Assembly (NCBI RefSeq): GCF_009914755.1
Contig: NC_060939.1
Strand: one strand, 5' to 3'
Source of the DNA: the human T2T-CHM13v2.0 reference genome, Homo sapiens
DNA length: 64,000 nt
Numbering within the stretch: the first letter of the stretch is position 1; each line of letters opens with the position of its first letter. Position numbers and translations under genes: made by a program. The notes under the pieces were generated by a model. That model was not told the origin of the DNA and made no database searches. It worked only from the letters and a program-made list of their open reading frames with translations. Positions 51,459 through 64,000 of the stretch are shown piece after piece.

Positions 51459-53629
51459 GGTCACTTTTCCCATGCTTAGGTTAAACAGAAAGTCACCCAT
51501 ATATATGGTATACATTAAAAAGTATTCTAATTATGACTCAAAATCCAGAGGTAACAAAAGAATAGATGGATAAATGTTTCTATAGAATTTTTAAATAAGA
51601 ATAAACAAACATTTATTATTAAAGTTTTAACTATTTATGGGAAAGACAAAACATAAGCAAAGTTAAAAGACAACTGACAGAGAAAATACTTTCAGCAGAT
51701 ACTACGGACAGGGCTAATATCACTAACATATAAAGAACTTTTAAAAATTGAGGGACAAGGTACCAAAACTGCAATACAAAAATGTGAAAAAGATGAACAG
51801 ACAATGTACCAAAAGAAAGACATAAATATGACCCTCAAACATAAAAAAGATATTAAACTCACTCATAAGTAGAGAAATGCAAATTAAAATGACATTCCAT
51901 TTCTTATCAGATTAGTGAAAATCAAAAAGACTACTTCTACTGACAAAACGGTGGTGAAAAAGAAAACAATTGCTCTCAAATACTGGTGTGAAAATGGAAA
52001 TCACTACAATCCTTTTGGAGTTCACAATATCTGATAGATTACACGTGCACTTACCTTTTAATGTAGTAATTCTACTCTTAAGAATTTACCCTGAAGATAC
52101 ACCTCCATCAATACAAAAGTACACATGCATGAGGTTATTCATTGCCACATTCTTTGTAATTGCAAAATCCTGGAAACATTTAAATACCCACACACAGAAG
52201 AGTAATTGAATGAACTCTGGTACATTCACACTATGGAATTCTGTGCAGCCATAGGAAGAAAGAAGAAGATCTCTATGAACTGACATGGAACAGTGTCCTA
52301 GTTTTGTCTACTAAGAGAATCTAGAAGCAATGCAAACCTAGCAACCATATCTTGTTTTAAAATTTGGTCTCCACTAATAGGAACCAGAACTCCTGAGAGA
52401 AATGGCAGACTTTAGGGCTAGAGCAGGAACAGTACAAGGTGAGCCTGAAACATCTCATGTTGACAAAAAGTAAAGAAACGCTCAAAAACTGATGGGGGCA
52501 TATCCACAGCAGCCAACTTGAAAATGTTCCCAATGGCCAAATCTGAAACATTTTAAGCAGTAACATAAATCATGATTATAATGGATTATGGCCCATAGAA
52601 AAAACAAGTGAGTACGTAATAAGAATAAAAAAGTTGAATAAGGAAATGCAAAAAAGGAAAAACTCTTCCTTATAGTATATTTTAGTTAATAAAAACAAAA
52701 GAAGCGATGGTGATAGAAACATTACCATTTTGCAAACACTGTCATAAGTGTTGCAGGCAAGAATCATCAATGGATGCTAACAGTGACAGATAAGAGTATG
52801 AAGATGAAAATTAGGATGCTTTCCTGTTTCAAGGCATCTTCCTACAAGATATATCTCAATTGGAAAGGAGAAATGGTAACATTACAGTGGAAAAACCTGA
52901 CAGACATCACCATAACCAAGTGACCAAAGTTAACATCACCAGTAATGAGAAATTGGTATCGTGTAGTACTAAGAACCCATAGTGTTTGCGGTATTCATGC
53001 CCAAAATGCATAACTTGAATTTAATCGCAACGAAACATCGGATGAATCCAAAGTGAAGATCATTCTACGAGATGTATTTGGCTAGTATTCTTCAGAATGT
53101 CAAGATCATGAAAGATAAGGAAAAAGCAAGAAACTGTCCCAGATTAGAGGAGACTAAAGAGATAACACAACTAACTGCAATAAATGATACTGGATTAAAC
53201 CCTGGTCCAGGTAAAGGACACTAGGGGGACAATTGGAAAAATGCAAATAAGGCCTATAAATTAGTTAATAGTATTATATCAATGTTAATGTCTTCGTTTT
53301 GACGATTTTACTGTGATTATGTGAGACGTTACTATCTGCAGATGAAGAAGGATACGTTGGAATTCTTTGTACTATTTTTGCAACCTTTTGTAAGTATAAA
53401 ATTATTACAAAATGAAAATTAAGAAATAAAAAGTACATTTAAAAGATCGCATATTAAAATTTCAGGAATACCACCAGAAAATAAAAACGAAGAAAATAGA
53501 GAAAATGAAAGCAATCCAACAGAAAACAGGAAGCAGGGTGGGTGTTGGGGTGGGAAGAAGCAAAGAAAAAGCTTGTTAAATACAAAACACAAAATGAAAT
53601 AGCAGAAATAAGACCAAATACATCAGTAA

Positions 53630-53947
<318 letters not shown>

Positions 53948-54039
53948 TGAATATGAAGGAATTGATAAGTAAAATTTGAACAAAAAGGCATTAAAATATA
54001 TATGTGATATACATATATATCATAAAGGAATATATTTCA

Positions 54040-54335
54040 AAATAATTAACGCTAGCTTTTATGACTAACAAACCTCTGATATCCCAGTGGGTTAATATAA
54101 AAAGATTCATTTCTCACTTACATATGGTCAGTATAAGTTAGGAGGCCTGGTTACATATTTTAGCTATGTCATTTGAAATGTAAGGCCTCCCAGATCACCA
54201 TGGCAGGGGAGGAGAGAAATGAATGAGGCACTGCAGAGCCACACTTTTCCTCACAGTTTTGAAGAAGCACACTTTTCCTCACAAGTCATTCTCCAGAACA
54301 GGTCACATGGCCCAACCTAAGAGCAAGAATGTAGA
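54040..54335 (-). mobile_element. Old MLT1 (K/L-like) LTR fragment
   Basis: cagtgggttaatataaaaagattcatttctcactta...ggtcacatggcccaaccta. Confidence 0.55.
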
Positions 54336-54530
54336 GTACTAACTCTCTCTACCACAAAGGGGGAACACCATGATGATAAAAGGGAAAAACCACCCAGGAG
54401 ATATACCAGTCATGAATTGTGTGTGCCCAACAGTATCTGCTTAGGTAAAGCGAAAAATGACAGAATTACATTAACTTGACAAATCAACACAGATAGCAGG
54501 AATTTTTTCACACATTTATTAGTAAGCAAT

Positions 54531-54956
54531 TGTATTAGTCCGTTCTCACATTGCTATAAAAAAATACCTGAGACTGGGTAATATATAGAGAAAAGAGGTT
54601 TAATTGGCTTAAAGTTCTGCAGGCCGTACAGGAAGTATAGCGGCCTCTGCTTCTGAAGAGACCTCAGGAAGCTTCCAATCATGGTGGAAGGCAAAGGGGG
54701 AGTGAGGCATCTCACATGGTGGGAGAACGAGCAAGAGAGACAAGGGAAGTGCTACACACTTTTAAATAACCAGATCTCATGAGGACTTACTCGCTATCAT
54801 GAGGACAGTACCAAGTGAGGTACTTCTTATGAGTGAGTACCACTCATAAGAAACCACCCCCATGATCCAGTCATCTCCCACCAGGCCCCACCTCCAACAT
54901 TGGGGATTACAATTTGACATGAGATTTGGGCAGGGACACAGATCCAAACCGTATCA
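54531..54956 (-). mobile_element. MSTA solo LTR with TSD gcaat
   Basis: tgtattagtccgttctcacattgctataaa...gggacacagatccaaaccgtatca; gcaat at 54526-54530 and 54957-54961. Confidence 0.93.
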
Positions 54957-55227
54957 GCAATCAAGCAGACAAAAAAATTAGCAAAGGAATAGATTTGAAC
55001 AGCACTAATGTCAATCTTGATCTAACAATGACACATAGAACCCAAGTGCAGAATATATATTCTTTTCACACACACATAAGTTGAGCACCTACTAGGTCAT
55101 AAAGGTTGTTTTAGAAATTGCATAGACTCTACGTTAAAAAGAATTCACAAATCAACAACAAAATAATTAAAATAAAATTGAATAAAAAATCATAAATTTG
55201 GAAAGCAAAAATCACACATCTAGGTAA

Positions 55228-57083
<1,856 letters not shown>

Positions 57084-57445
57084 TACTACTCAGCCATAAA
57101 AAGGAACGAATTAATAGCATTTACAGCAACCTAGATGGAATTGGAGACTATTATTCTAAGTGAAGTAACTCAGGAATGGAAAATCAAACATCGTATGTTC
57201 TCACTCATAAGTAGGAGCTAAGCTATGAGGATACAAAGGCATAAGAATGACACAATGGACTTTGAGGACTCAGGGAAAGGGTGGGAACGGGGTGAGGAAT
57301 AAAAGACTACAACTTGGGTTCAGTGTATACTGCTTGGGTGATGGGTGCATCAAACTCTCACAAATCACCGCTAAAGAATTTATTCATGTAACCAAATACC
57401 ACCTATTCCCTAAAAACCTATGGAAGTGAAAATTTTTTTAAAAAA
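57084..57445 (+). mobile_element. L1PB1-like 3' end nested in an older L1 3' end
   Basis: ctaagtgaagtaactcaggaatgg, gcataagaatgacacaatggactttg; flanked by atgaacta on both sides. Confidence 0.88.
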
Positions 57446-57567
57446 TTACATGAACTAGAGCCATGTGTATCAACATAGACTGCAAAAACACAAAAATGAG
57501 AAAAAAAAAGAACACTGAAGTTGGTATATTTGTGTAAAACAATAGGTAGCTACATATTCTATAAATG

Positions 57568-57616
57568 CACGCGCACACACACACACACACACATACACAC
57601 ACACCACACCACACCA
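57568..57616. repeat. (CA)n microsatellite, imperfect
   Basis: Direct read. Confidence 0.9.
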
Positions 57617-58124
57617 AATATACTTTAGTGGAGAGGAAAGGAGGAGAATGAAATCGGGGAGGGGTACAATAAGCTTCGACTTGGCTGGAGAAAAAAGTGA
57701 AAGACTAAAACAAAACCAAGTTTTCTCTGACTCTTTCTGCCCAGGCCAGTGCCCCTAGTCAGGGCCTTCCCCAGGATACCAGTTCAGGAACAGCATTTTC
57801 TTTCACCAAATTTGAATCACTTGCACATATTGCATCATCGGTAAATCAGCCAGCATCCCATAGGGCACTTTGATGCAGCCAAAATATTTTAAGTTTCCCA
57901 TCCTTCTCCCTTTCTAAAGACCAAAAGACTACAGCTGGCTTCCCTGGCTTCTGGCAGCCATGAGAATTCTTTTATTATTGCCTGGGACCCCGGCAAACAA
58001 ACATCTCTAGTCTTCTCTTTCCTTTTCAGGCTCTGCATTCATCTTCCGAGACCTGACCACATACAAAAGTTAGTGTTCCCTGCTTCTCCTTGGAGGGCCC
58101 TGTGCCTTGATGGAAAATTCCTTC

Positions 58125-58580
58125 TGGACAGTACAGCATAGAATTCAGAGTGCAGTCTCTAGAGGCCTACTCTGTCTGTGTCTGTGTGGGCAAGGCACCT
58201 CACTTTTATGTGCCTCAATTTCAGCCTCCATGAAACGGAAATAAAAATAGGACCTCCTGGGAAATGTTTTGGGGAGCTTAAGTAATAAGAGCTCACCTTT
58301 GGTACATGCTTACTCTGTGTCAGTTACCAAGCTAAATGCTCCACCTGTCTTATCTAGCCCTCTCAACAATGCACTAAGGTAGACATTTTTGTCTCTCCTT
58401 TCAACAGATGGAGAAATGAAAATACTCTGTCTAAAGTCACACAGTCAGAAAGCAGTTTTGGTTTTGGGTCTTTGACCATTATGCTACATTGCCTCCCTGT
58501 GTGAGGGAGATAAGAAGAATCTCATGCAGTACTTCACAGAGTGCTTGGGATACAGAAAACACTCTACAAGTGTTAGATGT
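58125..58580. mobile_element. Adjacent/nested MIR fragments
   Basis: gtgcctcaatttcagcctccatgaaacgg; caacagatggagaaatgaa...ctaaagtcacacag. Confidence 0.6.
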
Positions 58581-59232
58581 TGTAGTTGAGAGTCATACTC
58601 AGGCTATGCAACATATAAACACAAAGCTTAACAGAAGTTTCCAGGCCCCGTCCACCAAGTGGGTCGCTGACCACGACTCACTCCTGAGGAACAAACCTGT
58701 GAGAGAGATCTGCTTATGAAAGGAAGCGTAAGACAGGTAAGAGAGCTGTCTATTTTCATCACCATGACTCTGCCCCCGCAAACCCATTCCATGAGCTTTC
58801 TGGCAGTAAGGATCACAGCCCAGCAATGAGCATCTGCCTTAACTTGCTTGTTTCATAGGCTTTAGTCATCTAAGCTTCATAATACTGCAAGCTCTTCAAA
58901 GGTAGCGACTTATGTATCACCTCCTCCCTGTCCACCTCAGCCCCTGTTTTCACTGATGCTTGTTTTGTCTTAAATCAATAAATGGTTAGATTATTTAGAG
59001 ATAAGTTGTTTCAACCTACAAGACTGAGAATCTATGGAAAGAGTTGAATTTTTGAAGCAAGGAGCCAGCTGGGATGCTGCTTTGGTGTCTGTGGAACCTG
59101 AAGAACAAAGTAATACGAAATTCCTCCCTAAACTAACTGATCGATAAATAGAGAACACTTACATCAATTTCAGTATGCTCACATAAAGGAATATTATACA
59201 ATCAGTAAAAATTACAGTTATAAACAAGAGGG

Positions 59233-59533
<301 letters not shown>

Positions 59534-59552
59534 AAGAGCTTTTAATAATCAA

Positions 59553-59980
59553 TGTTAAAGCAAACTAAATATGGCCTGAGAAGGACTCTGTACTTCTATA
59601 TTTGAGCCCTTCTGGATGAACTGTAACTTAGCCTAATAGTCTGACAAAATTGACAACCTAACTTAGTAATATGCACCTGTAACAATGACTGAGTATTGGC
59701 CACTCCCAATGGCTATACTTCAACCACTCAAAGACTAGTGAATGTTCAAACTGTTCAAATAAGGCAAACGCAGTGCTGTAACCAATCTCACTCTTTCTGT
59801 ACCTCATTTCTAATTTCTGTATGTCACTTTACTTTTTTTGTGTATAAATTTGTTCTGACCACGAGACACCCCTGGAGTCTCTGAATCTGCTGTGATTCTG
59901 GGGGCTGCCCAATTCACGAATCATTCATTGCTCAATTAAACTCTTTTAAATTTAATTCGGCTGAAGTTTTTCTTTTATCA
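59553..59980 (+). mobile_element. MER57-family ERV1 solo LTR
   Basis: tgttaaagcaaactaaatatggcctgagaaggactc start; CCAAT, TATAAA, attaaa; TG...CA termini. Confidence 0.85.
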
Positions 59981-60299
59981 TAGAGAAGAATGTTTATAAT
60001 ATAATGTTAAGTGGAAACGTAGGATACATAATTACATATAAAATGCAATCTCAGCTATACAGAACATAAGCACAGAAGAAACAATGGAAGGAAATAATGG
60101 TAAATTCACAGTATTTGTCTGAATGGTGAGATTCTGAGTGATTTGTACTTTTCCTTTAGACTTTTCTGTGCTGTTAAAATTTTTACAATAAGCATTTACT
60201 TATTGTATTAACTGAAAATGTTAACTTTTCAAATGGTTCCTTCATAGAATGCAGCTTCCTAGGCGCACTGGCACCTCCTCTTGTCCCTCCACCAAAGAC

Positions 60300-60520
60300 G
60301 GTGAAAGAATAGAGTCTGAAAGCTTGATCTGGGCTTTCAGTCTCCCAGCCACTGGTTAGAGGAGCTTGGATGAGCTCTTGTAAGCCTCAGTTTCTTCTTT
60401 AGATAAATAGGAATATAGGAATAACAGCTCCTCCTTACCCAGATATTGTAAGGACCACCTGTGATGGAACAGAAGTGGAAGCACTTTGTAAATCCAAGTA
60501 CCATCTAAACCTTAGCTGGT
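60300..60520 (+). mobile_element. MIR fragment
   Basis: taagcctcagtttcttctttagataaatagg...gaagcactttgtaaa. Confidence 0.6.
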
Positions 60521-60574
60521 TGTATTTGCTCTGCTGTGATAGCACAGTTTTTTACTATTGCGCCCCCGCCCCCA

Positions 60575-60575
<1 letters not shown>

Positions 60576-60614
<39 letters not shown>
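60576..60614. repeat. (CA)n microsatellite
   Basis: Direct read. Confidence 0.95.
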
Positions 60615-60616
<2 letters not shown>

Positions 60617-61388
60617 TGACTCATACATGCCTTTCCACCTCAGCATGCTTTTGTGGGAGAGAACACTTACCATGGCTGCCTTTTATCTACTCCTGTCCCA
60701 GGCCACACACTGCTAGTCTCACCTCTCCACTGGCCTGCTGCTGAGGGGCCCAGAGCCACACCTGCTTATCTTGGGTGGTAGCAGTTGGGGGTGGTTACTG
60801 TTGGAACAGAAGAAGGGTGACATCATCCTGGGTGCTGCCCATGAAGTGACCACAGGGCAGGGGCAGCCAAAGGCAAGTGCAGAAAGAAAAGCAAACACAG
60901 GAAAGGAAGCACCAGAGTAGAGAGCAGGGAGGGCAACATTTCAGGAATTGCAGCTGCTATAGCTCTAGGTTCCCCATAGGGACCTGCCAGTTCTGGACAC
61001 AGAGAAAGCTTTGTTGCCCATCTGGTTGACTTCTCAAGATCAGCCCTGTTGATCAGAGCTCAACACACCATCCAGAGCAACACCTTAATGAACTGTAGCT
61101 TTTTATAGCCCTTATATGTTGTAAAATATTTGGACACATATTTTCTCTCTTGATCCTCACAACACTGCTGTGAGAAGTGTATCTTCTCCACCCAAATCCT
61201 GGATAATTGAAGTGCATTATCCAAGGTTATGCATTCTACTACCAATAATCCAGTTGTGTCTTAGCTAATCTAACTGTGCCTGGTGCTAATTCTTCTAGTC
61301 TCCAGGTGACTAATATCTTGCTATGTAAAGACCCAGCTCTGTTTTTTCTTTTAATAAATTGTAGGAATTATATATAATACTTGGAGTT

Positions 61389-61670
61389 GGCCAATCACAG
61401 TGGCTCACACCTGTAATCCCAGCACTTTGGGAGGCCGAGGTGGGTGGATCACCTGAGGTCAGGAGTTCAAGTCCAGCCTGGCCAACATGGGGAAACCCCA
61501 TCTCTACTGAAAAAAAAAATATACAAAAAATTTGCTGCACTTCGTGGCAGGAGCTTGAGGCAGGGGAATCACTTGAACCCAGGAGGCAGAGGGTGCATTG
61601 AGTAATTGTGTCATTGCGCTCCAGCCTGGGCAACACAGTGAGACTAAAAAAAAAAAAAAAGAAAAAAAAA
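61389..61670 (+). mobile_element. AluS with internal deletion at start of right arm; short TSD ggagtt
   Basis: Left arm intact; cctgtaatcccagctact segment missing. Confidence 0.9.
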
Positions 61671-61809
61671 GGAGTTATTCATACATTTCCATAGTTATTA
61701 AGAGCCCACAGTGCATCAAACACTGTTCCTTGCAATACAGGGTTGGAAGAATAAGGATGAATTATACAGGACTGGTATCTCACTTTCTTTCTCTTTCTCT
61801 TTCTTTACA

Positions 61810-62830
<1,021 letters not shown>

Positions 62831-63056
62831 TAATTGAATGGAGAACAAACTGTATTTTTAATCATAACTTACTCCCCACCTAAGAAGAAAAATCTTCTGT
62901 TGTCTTCATATGTCCTTTAGCCTGGCGGGGAGCAGGGAGGAGGAGGGAGCTTGTGATTCCACAGGCGCTGTGGTTTGAATGTTCATGTCCCCTCCAAAAT
63001 TCATGTTGAATAAGAACATGGTAATATTAAAATATGGTGTAATATTTCATTGTAAT

Positions 63057-63400
63057 ACAGGGCCCAGCTGACAATGTTTCAACTTTACCATAATGTAAAA
63101 GTGATATGCATTCAGTAGAAACTGTACTTAAAGTAACCATACAACCATTCTGTTTTTTACTTTTAGTACAGTATCAATAAATGACATGAGATAGTCAACA
63201 CTTTATTATAAAATAAGCCTTGTGTTGATGATTTTGCCACCTATAGGCTAATGTAAGTGTTTTGAGCACATGTAAGGTAGGCTAGGCTAAACTATACATG
63301 TTTGATAGGTTACACGTACTAAATGTATTTTTGACTTAATATTTTCAACTTACAATGGGTTTATCAGGACATAACGCCATTATAAGTTGAGGAACATCAG
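63057..63400 (-). mobile_element. Tigger4b (Zombi) MITE
   Basis: gtaaggtaggctaggctaa, tttcaacttacaatgggtttatcaggacataac...taagttgaggaacatc. Confidence 0.85.
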
Positions 63401-63435
63401 AAGTATTAAGAGGTGGGGCCTTTAGAAGGTGATTA

Positions 63436-63780
<345 letters not shown>

Positions 63781-64000
63781 CTATCACATTTGCCATTTTT
63801 GTCCTTACATTCCTTTTGTCACGCGAGGGCACAGCATTCATCCCTTCTGAAGGATACAGTAACAAGGCACCATCTTAGAAGCAGAGTGCGGGCCCTCTCC
63901 AGACACCAAACCTGCTGGCTCCCTGATCTTGGACTTCTCAGCCTCCAGAACTGTGAAAAATACATTCTATTTTTTAAATAAATTATCCAGTCTATTCTAT

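Overview
Human non-coding genomic DNA (it carries the human-specific Alu subfamilies Ya5 and Yb8), intergenic or deep intronic, AT-rich, with no CpG island. I can support no protein-coding gene or RNA gene; the ORF track is explained by chance ORFs and Alu/LTR/microsatellite read-through. Roughly half the window is transposon debris recognised by eye: about a dozen Alus, old L1M/L1PB fragments, L2, many MIRs, MaLR LTRs (MLT1, MST, THE1A), LTR16 with ERVL internal sequence, MER57, and DNA transposons (MER2, MER3, MER5A, Tigger4b, Zaphod/MER115). The most notable items are: (1) a ~170-180 bp inverted duplication of mostly non-repeat sequence (31564-31745 vs 32195-32363, ~90% identical core) able to form a long hairpin; (2) two very young Alus, a pristine AluYa5 and a 5'-truncated AluYb8; (3) two poly(A)-only insertions with target-site duplications (TSDs); (4) a two-LTR MLT1B element with intact TSD holding a decapitated THE1A that still has its own TSD; (5) a repeat-free, CpG-retaining, homeodomain-motif-dense block (~45950-46780) resembling a conserved enhancer. 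I found no convincing new multi-component system. Subfamily calls come from remembered consensus sequences, and boundaries of old repeats are approximate.
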